Source: Isurus oxyrinchus (Eukaryota). Taken from it: a stretch of 64,000 nt of DNA. Numbering within the stretch: position 1 is the stretch's first letter; each line of letters starts with the position of its first letter. Location of the stretch: assembly GCA_026770705.1 (NCBI GenBank), contig JANJGN010000004.1:192014001-192078000 (forward strand), read 5' to 3'. A model generated the notes under the pieces. The model worked only from the letters and a program-made list of their open reading frames with translations, searched no databases and had not been told where the DNA came from. Positions 36,755 to 49,526 of this stretch are shown here, one piece after another. Both the position numbers and the translations under genes were made by a program.

Positions 36755-39700
36755 CATAGAAACATAGAAACTAAGAGCAGGAGGAGGCCATTCGGCCCTT
36801 CGAGCCTGCTCCGCCATTCATTATGATCATGGCTGATCATCCAACTCAATAGCCTGCTCCCGCTTTCTCTCCATACCCTTTGATCCCTTTCGCCCCAAGA
36901 GCTATGTCTAACTCCTTCTTGAAAACATACAATGTTTTGGCCTCAACTACTTTCTGTGGTAGCGAATTCCATAGGCTCTCCATTCTCTGGGTGAAGAAAT
37001 TTCTCCTCATCTCAATCCTAAAAGGTCTACCCCGTATCCTCAGATTGTGGCCCCTGGTTCTGGACTCCCCCACCATCGGGAACATCCTTCCTACATCTAC
37101 CCTGTCGAGTCCTGTTAGAATTTTATAGGTTTCTATGAGATCCCCCATCATTCTTCTGAACTCCAGCGAATATAATCCTAACTGACTCAATGTCTCCTCA
37201 TTTGTCAGTCCCGCCATCCCAGGAATCAGTCTGGTAAACCTTCGCTGCACTCCCCCTATAGCAAGAACATCCTTCTTCAGATAAGGAGACCAAAACTGCA
37301 CACAATATTCCAAGTGTAGTCTCACCAAGGTCCTGTATAATTGTAGCAAGTCATCCCTGCTCCTGTACTTGAATCCTTTCGCTATGAAGGCCAGCATACC
37401 ATTTGCCTTCTTTGCCACCTGCTGCGCCTACATGCTTACCTTCAGCGACTGGTGTACAAGGACACCCAGGTCTCATTGCACATTTCCCTCTCTCAATTTA
37501 TAGCCGTTCAGGTAATAATCTGCCTTCCTGTTTTTGCCACCAAAGTGGATAACCTCACATTTATCCACATTATACTGCATCTGCCATGCATTTGCCCACT
37601 CACTCAGCTTGTCCAAATCACACTGAAGCATCTCTGCATCCTCCTCACAGCTCACCCTCCCACCCAGCTTTGTGTCATCTGCAAATTTGGAGATATTACA
37701 TTTAGCTCCCTCATCTAAATCATTAATATATATTGTGCATAACTGGGGTCCCAGCACTGATCCCTGTGGTACCCCACTAGTCACTGCCGGCCATTTGGAA
37801 AAAGACCCATTTACTCCTACTCTTTGTTTCCTGTGTGCCAACCAGTTTTCTATTCATCTCAATACACTATCCCCAATCCCATGTGCTTTAATTTTACATA
37901 CTAATCTCTTATGTGGGACTTTGTCGAAAGCCTTCTGAAAGTCCAAATAAACCACATCCACTGGCTCCCCCTCATCAACTCTACTAGTTACACTCTCGAA
38001 AAATTCCAGTAGATTTGTCAAGCATGATTTCCCTTTTGTAAATCCAAGCTGACTCTACCCGATTCTGCCACTGTTTTCCAAGTGCTCAGCTATTCAATCT
38101 TTTATAATGGACTCTGGAATTTTCCCCACTACCAGTGTCAGGCTGACTGGTCTATAATTCCCTGTTTTCTCTCTACCTCCCTTTTTAAATATTGGGGTTA
38201 CATTAGCTACCCTCCAATCTGTAGGAATTGTTCCAGAGTCTATAGAATCTCGGAAGATGACCACCAATGCATCCAACATTTCTAGGGACACTTCCTTAAG
38301 TAATCTGGGATGTAGATTATCAGGCCCTGGGAATTTTTCAGCCTACAATCCCATCAATTTCTCCAACACCATTTCTCTATTAATATTGATTGCTTTCAGT
38401 TCCTCCCTCTCACTAAACCCTGTGTTCCCCAACATTTCTGGTATGTTATTTGTGTCCTCCTTTGTGAAGACAGAACCAAAGTATGTATTTAGTTGGTCAG
38501 CCATTTCTTTGTTCCCCATTATAAATTCCCCTGTTTCAGATTGTAAGGGACCTACATTTGTCTTCACCAATCTTTTTCTCTTCACATACCTATAGAAACT
38601 TTTACAGTAATTTTTGATGTTCCCCACAGGCTTACTCTCATACTCTATTTTCCCCTCCTTAATCAATCCCTTGGTCCTCCTTTGCTGAATTATGAAGACT
38701 CTCAGGTCTGTTGTTTTTTTCTGGCCAATTTGTATGCCTCCTCCTTGGATCTAATACTATCTCTAATTTCCCTTGTAAGCCATGGTTTGGCCACCTTTCC
38801 TATTTTACTTTTGCGCTAGACAGGAATAAACAATTGTTGCAGTTCACCCATGAACTCTTTGAATGTTTGCCATTGCCTATCCACCGTCATCCCTTTAAGT
38901 AACGTTTCCCAATCCATCATAACCAACTCACACCTCATATCTTGGTAGTTTCCTTTATTAAGATTGAGGACCCTAGTCTCAGAATCAACTACGTCACTCT
39001 CCATCTTGATGAAGAATTCTATCATCTTATGGTCGCTCATCCCCAAGGGGCCTCGCACACCTAGATTGCCAATTATTCCTTTGTCCTTACACAATACCCA
39101 GTCTAGGATGGACTGTTCTCTAGTTGGTTCCTCAATGTATTGGTCCAGAAAACCACCCCGTATACACTCCAGGAATTCCTCCTCTATGGTATTGTTACTA
39201 ATTTGATTTGCCGAATCTACATGCAGATTAAAGTCACCCATAATTACAGTTGTTCCTTTATTGCATGCATCTCTAATTTCCTGTTTAATGCCATTCCCAA
39301 CATCACCACTACAGTTTGGGGGTCTATATACAACCCCCACTAACATTTTTTGCCCCTTAGTGTTTCTCAGCTCTACCCATACAGATTCCACATCGTCAGA
39401 GCTAATATCTTTCCTCACTATTGTGTTAATTTCCTCTTTAACCAGCATTGCAGCTCCACCGCCTTTTCCTTTTTGTCTGTCCTTTCTAAATACTGAATAC
39501 CCCTGGATGTTCAGTTCCCATCCCTGGTCACTCTGCAGCCTTGTCTCTGTAATCCCGACTATATCATACCTGTTTACATCTATTTGCGCTGTTAATTCAT
39601 CTACTTTATTGCGAATGCTCCTCGCGTTAATGCACAAAGCCTTAAGACTTGTCTTTTTAACATTACTTGTCCTGTTCCCACTATTTTTCACTGAGGCCCT

Positions 39701-40835
39701 GTTTGATTCTTGCCCTTGATTTCTCTGCCTATCACTTTTCATATTCCCCTTTCTGTCTTTTGTTCTTGTCCATGATTGCCCTCCTCTGACTCCTTGCATT
39801 GGTTCCCATCCCCCTGCCATTTTAGTTTAAACCCTCCCCAACCACTCTAGCAAATATTCTCCTTAGGACATCAGTCCTGGTCCTGCCCAGGTGTAACCCA
39901 TCCAGTTTGTACTGGTCCCACCTCCCCCAGAACCAGTCCCAATGTCCCAGGAATCTGCAACCCTCCCCCTCGCACCATCTCTTTGGCCACATGGTCATAC
40001 AATATATCCTGCTATTTCGTGGCACTGGTAGTAATCCTGAGATCATAGAAACTAGGAAACATAGAAACTAGGAGCAGGAGTAGGTCATTCGGTCCTTCAA
40101 GATCACTACCTTTGAGGTCCAACTTTTCAACTTACTTCCTAACTCCCTATATCCTGCTTTTAGGACCTCATCCCATTTTTTTACCTATGTCGTTTGTACC
40201 AATGTGTACCATGACCACTGGCTGTTCACCCTCCCCCTTCAGAATGTCCTGTAGCCGCTCTGAGACATCCTTGACCCTAGCACCAGGGAGGCAACATACC
40301 ATCCTGGAGTCTCGTTTGTGGCCACAGAAATGCCTATTGATTCCCCTTACAATTGAATCCCCTATAACTACTGCATTCCCACACTTTTTACTCCTCCCCT
40401 GTGCAGCAGAGCCAACCATGGTGCAACGAATTTGGCTGTTGCTGCTTTCCCCTGAGAGGCCATTCCCCCCAACAGTATCCAAAGTGGTATATCTGTTTTG
40501 CAGGGGATTAGCCACAGGAGATGCCTGCACTACCTGCCTAGTCCTCTTGCTCTGTCTGGTGGTCACCCATTCACTTCCTGCCTGTGGACCCTTAGCCTGG
40601 GGTGTGACCACCTCTCTCTACGTGCTATCCACGATACTCTCCCCCTTGCGGATGATCCACAGTGTCTCCAGCCGCTGCTCCAGCTCTGTAACCCGGGCTG
40701 CCAGGGACTGCAGCTGGAGACATTTCCCGCACACATGCTGGCCCCGGGCACTGGAAGTATTCCCGGCTTCCCACATAGAGCAGGAGGAGCACACCATGGC
40801 TTTGAGCTCTCTTGCCATGACTTACCCCTTTAAAT
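36755..40835 (-). mobile_element. Near full-length CR1 LINE (SGNH ORF1 + ORF2, disrupted); ~60-bp CR1 tail nested at ~40045-40100
   Basis: CSSCSMWE..CGKC, VIGDSI, HIGTNDI, DGLHL; INARSI, MGDFN, GVPQGSVLGP, KFADD; CATAGAAA tail. Confidence 0.95.
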
Positions 40836-41267
40836 TAAATAAAACCTTTTAGAATATACTTAATATCAAATAATATTAATTATTCTAGCGCTATTCTTCT
40901 CTGTTCCTCGTTGTTGCAGAATATAGCCCTTATAAACTATGAATCACAAAATAAGAACTTAAAAACTATAAGTGATCAAAGTAGCAAATATTTATCCAAC
41001 CGTGCTCATTCCCTCCTCACCGAACTTCCTCAGTCATCTCTGCTCTCCCAGCTCCTTTTCAACTCAACTTGGACTCCTCTTCAACCCCTGACTCCTCTCG
41101 CATTCCTCTTCCATATAGATCTTTGAATCTGTTGATGTTAACCTTCTCTATTTGCTGTCTCATCACAATGGCACAGTTAAGATCAAAAAGTCACTGTTTG
41201 TGGATAGCATTTTTACCCTACCCAGGTCGACTTCACAACTTTGTGATTCCAGGTATCCTTTGAGTGT

Positions 41268-41690
41268 GTCAGATGTAGCTCAGTTGGAATCACTCTTGCC
41301 TCTGTGCCATAAGGTTCTAGGCTCAAGCCCCACTCCAGGACCTCAGCACAAAAATCAAGGCTGACACTCCATTGCAGTACTGAGGGAGTGCCACACTGTC
41401 AGAGGTGCCAGTTTTCATATGAACAGTTGAACTAAGTCCCCACCTGCCTGCTTGGGTGGATGCAAAAGATCATATGGCACTAACTTGAAGAGGAGCAGCA
41501 GAGGTATCCTGGCCAATATTTATCCCTCAATCTTTATCGCAAAAGCAAATTGTCTGGTCTTTGTCACTTTGCTATTTGTGGGAACTTGCTGTGCACAGGT
41601 TGGCTGTTGTGTTTCCTGCATTGCAGCGCTGAATACACTTCAAGGGTGTTCCATTGGCTGTAAGAGTGCTTTGAGGTGGCTGTGCAAGGT
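41268..41690 (+). mobile_element. Deu-domain SINE (SacSINE1-like) with tRNA head
   Basis: GTAGCTCAGTTGG A box, GGCTCAAGCCCC B-box-like, GGCTGACACTCC..GTACTGAGGGAGTG, CCTGGCCAATATTTATCCCTCAA. Confidence 0.75.
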
Positions 41691-44600
41691 GCTAAATTTT
41701 ATGAATTGTAGAATTCTTGACTCCTGCTCTTTCCTTCACATCATCATGCAAACCAGCACAATCACTTGAGCCCATTGCTATGAACTTTCAGTCACTGAAC
41801 TCAGATCTACTTACGTGATACATGAGTTGGACTTCAGTGACATAACACCAGAAAAAATACAGGTTCAAGTGGCACTCCATGGTTTTGCCAAGCATCCCAG
41901 ACTTTACTTTGAACGTTTGTCCTCTCTTCTCCAAAACTTTGGTTGCTGAATTACACGAAAGTTCAAAATATTGGGATATAGAACAAAAACCTGTCGAAAG
42001 CCAAGATTTCCTGGGTGACATGCCTTTCGATCACCCAAAGAAATTTTATATCATCTGTGCTCTATTTCTCTTCAAAAATGTCTCAATCCTACATCATAAA
42101 ATGTCTCTGGTGTGGACTTCACTTTGTTCCCTGGAATTGATGGCTTATCAGGTATAGCTGTAACTGGAGTCATAAGAGCTTCATATTTCACTGCTTTCCT
42201 ATTATTATCAGTTTTTGTATGTTATATGTGAGGCTGTTAGGTTTCATTTTTCTCAAGAACAACTGTTCTGTGGAATGCGATTCCAAATGCGAGTAAAAAT
42301 CTTGAATGCCAATGAAATATAAAGCTTTTTATTTAATTAGTCATCTTGACTAATGTTGTACATTGTTATGAGATGTCAGCTTTGTTGAAGTTGTCAGTCA
42401 TCTACTGAAACACAGCTTTTACAGACTGTCAATGACCTAGCTTCAAGTCTTGAAACATACTAACAAAAAAACATACGCACGTATGAACTAGGAACAGGAG
42501 TAAGGCCACTCAAAGAGATGAAACTACTCACATGGCAATAACTAGGTTTCTCAAAAGCCTTTGACAAAGTTCCTCAGGGAAAGTTCTGGTCCAAACTTCA
42601 CTACTATGGAATCATTGGGACATTACTAAATTGGGTCCAGTACTTCCTTACCAACAGAAGACAGAGAGTGGTCTGTGATGAGGCATCATCCTCTCCTAGA
42701 AATGTCCTCTCCCGTGTACAACAGGGAACTGTTTTGGGTGCTTTACTCTTGTTGACAAGCATAAATGACCTTCCTAACAAGTCAAAAAAAAACAGGGTAT
42801 GACTATTTACAGATTACAGCCTGGTTTACACATCAGGAAAATCTCAAGATCATATCAATTAAGTATTAAATTAGGATATGAAGATTAAGTATTAAGTTAG
42901 GAAGAGGGTGGGTGGGGGGTTTAGCCTCTAATGGGACAAAAATCTGGGTAATGTAACTGTGATCGTAGCTGTATTTCATGATTGCCAAGTGCTGCCCTCC
43001 TTTAAGGGTTGTGCCTAATTCATTAAAGTGACTGTGAATTATCAGAAGAAACTTATGTCGCTGGTCATTCTGTTTCTGTTCAAGCCATACACTTGTGGAT
43101 CTGCTGTCACGAACTTGAATGTGGGGAGGGTCTCCGAAGGAGAAAGGAGCCCCCTTACAGCTTTCTTGTAATCGCAGCAGGGCACCAGTAGGTGATATGA
43201 CTGAACAGACGACACCATAGACAAAGGGATGGTGTGAGGTTGGGGGTTGGGGGGGGGGGGGGGGTGGGGGGGGGGGGTGGGAGGGGGGTAGTGGGGGGGT
43301 GGTGGTGGCAGGGGCGGAGTGGGGTGGGGGATAGGAAAAGTGATAAAGTGATCATCCCGCGATGGTTGGAAGTGAAGTTACGGAAGTATATCTGTGAGAA
43401 GTTAAAGCCAAGCAAAGCTTGGTTAAGGAAGATAGCTAGTTCAGGGGATCCATTAGGATGGGCCGAGGGGTCATCCCAAAAGCGGAAGCAGATAGAAGAA
43501 GTGATGTGGTTGAAAGGATACGACATCAATACCATAAAGATCAGTGTAAAAATATTAAACTCAGAATAGAAGCAGAGACCCTGAGAATGCAAGCCTCAGA
43601 CGGGCACTAGGAACTAGATATAGTTTTTAAGTTATATTTGTATTTGTGAATGTTAGGAACAAGCTATAGCTTTAAGTTTAACTTATACTCTTTTTTTAAT
43701 TTTGTGTGTTAAGAAAGGTAAGCTTGGATTTCGTTTTATTTTAGAGTGTTTTTTGAGACAGAGCCAGGAAGTCTCCAGGCCCTGTTCATATACATGCATT
43801 TTTAATGAGGTTTTATGACTCTTGAAATGAAGGGATGGCTTACCAAGGGGTTAGTAGTTTAAGGATGTTAAAACAAACACAAAATGTAGGAAAAAAAACT
43901 GTGCTATTGCCTAGCAACAGAGGATCAGAGAGAGACCCACAGAAACACAAAGGGAGCCAGAAAAGCAGTTTTTAGGTACAGTTGGGGTCTGTATACCACA
44001 GAGTGAAGACAGAAAAGATCTAAGAGTCTCTCTAGCTGGACATGATGTTAAGGAACTCATATGTATTGCTGTAAAGTTAAAGTAATAGTGCATTTAGAGT
44101 CAGTTTTCTGGATACCTCAAGGGAGATAGCAATTGTGGAAGGACTTCTGGAAAGTAAACCTTTTTGTTCTAGCCTTGGTGTGGAAATAGTGGTGCCTCTT
44201 CACTGGAGTGTTGGGTCTGTAAGGGTATTGCTGGGATAAAAGGGATAGTGTGAGTTTGAATCATATTTCCTTTTGTGGCTGTGTTCAAATCTTTCCAACC
44301 TTTTTGTTGTCCAGTGTAACATAATTAATGTTCCTTGTTTAATAAATGTTTTATCTTTGTGTTAAAAAGCCAACATCAGACTCCTGTGAATGTGTTTCAG
44401 TCAGTACCCTCCACGGTTTAAAATAATAATTAAAAAAAGATATATCAAGCCAGGCTCCATTCTGGCATCTGACTTGTCCAGTTGTAATATCAGCTTTTGG
44501 GATCATAACAAACTGGGGAGGGGGCTCTTCTGGAGTTTACAAATCCTTGAATTTAAGTGGGACCTGTAAATCCTTAAAGAAACAAGGACATGGAGTTACT

Positions 44601-46430
44601 GTGCATAAGGAGAGGTATTTGCTGTGATACGGGTTAGAATTTTAAAGTGGCTTTGGCTGTTGCCAAAACCTTTCTGGGAGTAGAAGGTGTAACAGTGGAT
44701 TATTTGCAATCTTCGACTAAGGCTGCACTGAGAGAGCTAACAGATCAATTGAATGTAGAAATAAAAGTAGGATTTCATAAGAATGATGCGATTAAAGTAA
44801 TTACCCAGCGTTTAAATTTAAAAGGAGATACCCCTGACATTATTATATCACAGCCAGGGTTAGCTAAGTTCCAAACGCAAATGTAAAAAACCTTGAATTG
44901 GAAGGAAGGAAGAAAGATAAATGGAAAGGAAAAAGCTTGAACCTGAGTTTAAAAGAGAGAAAGAAATCGGGCAAGACTTGGCGAGAGAAAAGCTTAGAAT
45001 AAAGGAAGAAGGAGGGGGTAGCGTTTCAGAAGATGATTCTGATTCCCCTGAGCAATTTGATTTCGCTAAAAATCTTTGTTTAGTGCCTACATTTATAGAG
45101 GATGGAGTTGAAAGATATTTTCCCCCAATTGAAAAGATAACTGTGAAGTTGAAGCGGCCAAAGGAGGTTTGGACTTTACTGTTACAAAGTGTCCTGTCAG
45201 GTACAGCTATGAATGTGTGCAGTAGTTTGTCAGAGGAACAATCTGCAGACTATGAAGTAGTTGAAAAGGCAATATTCAGTGCTTATGAGCTTGTCCCTGG
45301 AGCTTATCCACTAAAGTTTGGAAGCGTAAGCAAGAAACCTAATCAGACATTTGTAGAATTTGCAAGAGATTAAAGGAACACTGTGGACTCAATGGTTTCA
45401 ATCACTAAAACTAGAGAAAACTTTTGAGAATGTGAGGGAAATAATGAATCTGGAAGAATTCCAAAACAGCATTCCAGGAACCATTAAAACTTACTCAGGT
45501 GAGCACCAAGCAGCAGCCAATGGAGAAGTGGCAGTTCTGGCTGGTACCTATGATATCTCACACAAACTGTTACATGTGGGGAAATGGTCAACAAGGAGAC
45601 TGGAGGAATGGAAAAAAGGTACTTGTCTGAGAGAACAAACAGAAGGACGCCAAAATAATAAAGGAGATAGACTAGAACCTGAAAGTCAAGAAGAATATGC
45701 TTCCATTGTAATAAAACTGACATATTACAAGTAATTGCTGGAAATTAAAAAAGGAGACCTATTACAGCAGTAGAAGTGTATAAGGAATCCTCAGAAAAGG
45801 TTGTATTAGGAAAGGAAATCGGTATTAAACCCGTAGCAGTGGTACAGGTGAAACATGTCCCTTCAGAACCCTCTAGGAAGGAGGATATGGCTCAGGATGG
45901 TCAAGAAAATCATTCCTCAATTACTGCTAAAGAGAATCAGGCTAGTGAAAGTTCTGGACGTGTTCCCCACAGGGAGATGTGTTCCCCTACTCCTCCAGTA
46001 AAATAAGTGAACAAGTCATGGACAGGTTGAAAAATTTTGTTTAAAGGGGAGAGGTGTTCCCTTTTTCTTGTAATAAAGGAGGCAAACCACTAAAGATATT
46101 GAGAGACATGGGGCAAGTCAGACACTGACGCTGGCTGATGATACAATTTGCTTTCCAGATGGGCTAATTAATGGGCTAGCACTGGAGGTATACATGGAGA
46201 TGATAAACTGGTCCCACGATATAGAGTTAGATTAAAGAGTGACTTAGTAAGTGGAGAGGTTGCAGTTGGAATAGTGCAGGAAAAGCCTCTGGAAGGAACT
46301 GACTTTATCTTGGGGAGTGACTTGGCTGGTTCAAAGATATTAGCCTCACCGAGAGGGTTGCAACAGTGGAAGCGAGAGAAACTGGGATGCTACAGAGGAA
46401 TGCCCTGGATTGATTCCTGACTGTGACTTA

Positions 46431-46561
46431 GGGCCAGGATTTTACAGCCTCGAGGTGGCCTGTCTCCCCGCTTCGGCACATGTGGCGAGCCACTTAAATC
46501 TCCATTCAGTTCGGCAGGATCGTAATATCCTGCTGGGCAGAAGGGCCGTGAAATCCTGGCC
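46431..46561. mobile_element. Harbinger-type MITE
   Basis: TIRs GGGCCAGGATTTTAC / GTGAAATCCTGGCC; preceded by TTA. Confidence 0.75.
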
Positions 46562-47180
46562 ACTGATTCCCATTTCTGGTTTTAGGTAGGGGCCCTACAC
46601 AACCTGTTAAGACCCTGCTAAGCGGCCCTTCAAAAGCTGGTATCGCAATTGAGGGCGCAGGTTTAATCGACAGCTGGTGTTCCCCCACTACCTGACATGT
46701 CTGGCTGAAGTTAACCCCTTCTTCATGCAATCCTAGCCAATAAAAATGTTTCAGTGTTTTGGCCTGTGTTTCCCTAATATCTGAATGACCTACCACTTGG
46801 GATTTTGTGAGCCCCTTGTAAAATTTCATTATGGTACTCAGTTGGAACGACCATCTGATCAACTACTGCCCATTCCTCATGGGCTGGTTTTTGAGGCAGT
46901 CTCCATTTCCTCATTAGCACTTTGACTTTTAAATAATAACACCCGGGTATTGGTTCTGATTCGGTCTGTGTGTAGACCGTTTGATACAGCTCTCTCTCTA
47001 CTCAGGATCAGCCAGTCGCATTTCTACTAAGGATGGGCTAAATATAACAGCCTCATTCTCTTTGCATTTCTCCCTTTTGCTCAAGTTTTCAAAAGTAATG
47101 TCAGATAGCTGAATGTCTACATTATCTCCCTTTTGTATAGCTTCTTCTTCTTCCTGCCTAATTTTATGGACCTGAGACCT

Positions 47181-47297
47181 GGCGAGGAATTTTACGGCAG
47201 TGGGATCTTATGTTCCCGCTGAAGTCAACGGGGTTTGTTATGCCTCGCCGCATTTTACAGCCCCCTCCCTGCTGAAACGGGGCATAAAATTCTGCCC
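47181..47297. mobile_element. Harbinger-type MITE
   Basis: TIR-like GGCGAGGAATTTTA / TAAAATTCTGCCC. Confidence 0.65.
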
Positions 47298-47420
47298 AAA
47301 TGTCACCAATATTCAAAGAAATAATGAACAGTTTGGGAGTAAAACAATTTAAATCTTCAGTATATCATCCACAATTGCAAGGAGCATTAGAAAGATAGTA
47401 TCAATCTTTAAAGACCATGA

Positions 47421-47784
47421 TTTTTTTCTTTGTTTGTTCATGGGATGTGGGCGTCGCTGGCTAGGCCAACATTCATTGCCCATCCCTAATTGCCCTTATT
47501 CAGGGGGCACTTAAGAGTCAACCACGTTGCTGTGGGTCTGGAGTCACATGTAGGCCAGACCGGGTAAGAGCAGCAGATTCCCTTCCCCTAGAGTACATGT
47601 GTGAACCAGACGGGTTTTTCATGACAGTCAGCAAAGGTTTCGTGGGTGTCATCAGACTTTGAATTCCAGGTTTATTTTTTATTGAATTCAAATTTCACCA
47701 TCTGCCGTGGTGGGATTCAAACCTGGGCCCCCCCAGAGCATTGCCCTGGGTCTCCGAAATATAGTCACTCTGCTACCACCTCCC
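47421..47784 (-). mobile_element. tRNA-headed bipartite SINE (family-A ends)
   Basis: Same structure as 15249-15623. Confidence 0.82.
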
Positions 47785-49107
47785 GTTAAAGCCGCTTAAA
47801 GCCTATTGTCCGGAATGTCCTAATGATTGGAATAAGAGGATTCCACTTTTACTGTTTGGTATTAGGGATGCCCCTAATGAGTCCACAGGATTCAGTCCTT
47901 TTGATCTGATATATGGACATGAGGTGAGAGGGCCACTTAAGTTAATGGAAGAAAAATTCATAGACCAAAGCTCGGAGATAACATTTCTGACTGATGTTCA
48001 AATTTCTGGCAGAGATTAACCAAAGAGTGCTAGTCGGCAAAAGAACCATTCGAAAATCATTCAGCAAACAATGAAAGCTAAAGCAGATAAAAATGCCCAA
48101 GCTCGAAGTTTGGTTGCTGGAGACAAGGTGATCGTGTTGTTACCTGTCTCTGGTGAGCCGTTACAAGTGAGGTTCACTGGACCTTATCAAAAAGAAACAT
48201 CAAAACGATGTAAATTATATAGTGACAGGAGGAAAAGTCAACAAGTGTGGCACGTTAATATGTTAGAGCCATATTATGACAGAGAAAGTAGTCGGGGGAG
48301 GAGTGCGTTTACAGTAGTAAAAAATGTAGGGAGTGAAATAAAAATATCAGGGCGGTTCGAGAATGAATCAGAAATTGAAAATTCTAAAGTCAACTCTCCA
48401 GTAATTGGATTGGAAAACATGGAGGTGTTTAAAAATGTAGATTTTAAATTAAGCTATCTTCTGGGTAACACTCGAGGTGACTTACAAAAGCTATTACAAA
48501 CTCACAAAACAACTTGTGTAAATAGGCCAGGGAAAACGGCTTGGGCCATACATGATGTCAATGTGGGAGATGCACCACCCATAAAGCAGCATCCATACAG
48601 ACTGAGTCCAGAGAAGTTATCCTAAGTGAGGGAAGAGGCCAAGTTCACGATGCAGATTGACATTACTGAACTGAGTTACAGCAGCTGGACCTCACCTGTT
48701 GTAATGGTACCAAAACCAGAGGGGTCGCAACGACTGTGTATAGACTGTTGCAAAGTTAATACGGTCACAAAGGTGGATTCATATCCGACTGGACAATTAG
48801 AAGACTGTATTAAGAAGATTGGACGAGAAAGGTTCATTACAAAGATTGACTTATTGAAGATATAATGGAAAGTTCCATTGACTGACACGGCCAAAGAAAT
48901 ATCAGCTTTTGTAACCTGGGATGGGCTTTACCAATGTAAAGTGTTGCCTTTCGGAATGAAGAATGCACCAGCAACTTTTCAAAGATTTACCAACAAGGCC
49001 ATTGAAGATAAAAACAAAGAGAACTGCGGATGCTGGAAATCCAAAACAAAAACAGAATTACCTGGAAAAACTCAGCAGGTCTGGCAGCATCGGCGGAGAA
49101 GAAAAGA

Positions 49108-49144
49108 GTTGACGTTTCGAGTCCTCATGACCCTTCGACAGAAC
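49108..49144 (-). ncRNA. Minimal type-I hammerhead-like motif in the Penelope terminal repeat (variant core)
   Basis: GUU CUGUCGA A GGGUC-AUGAG-GACUC GAAAC GUC AAC. Confidence 0.55.
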
Positions 49145-49526
49145 TTGATTTCGAGTCCAAGAAAGAGTTGAAATATAAGCTGGTTTAAGGTGTGTGTGTG
49201 GGGGGGCGGAGAGATAGAGAGAGAGAGAGGTGGTTGTGTAGACAAACAAGCAGTGATAGAAGCAGATCATCAAAAGATGTCAGCGACAATGGTACAATAG
49301 AACACATAGGTGTTAAAGTTAAAGTTGGTGATATTATCTAAACGAATGTGCTAATTAAGAATGGATGGTAGGGCACTCAAGGTACAGCTCTAGTGGGGGT
49401 GGAGGGAGCATAAAAGATTTTAAAATATTTAAAAATAATGGAAATAGGTGGGAAAAGAAAAATCTATATAATTTATTGGGAAAAAAAAGGGGGAAACAGA
49501 AAGGGGGTGGGGATGGGGGAGGGAGC

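Noticed and set aside
41700-42160. Non-repeat-looking stretch with 77-92 aa ORFs
   Set aside because: No recognisable motif or consistent exon structure; needs a BLASTX search
43236-43330. Poly-G tract (also poly-C at 53260-53305 and 35915-35950)
   Set aside because: Homopolymer or low-complexity runs within repeats; lengths unreliable
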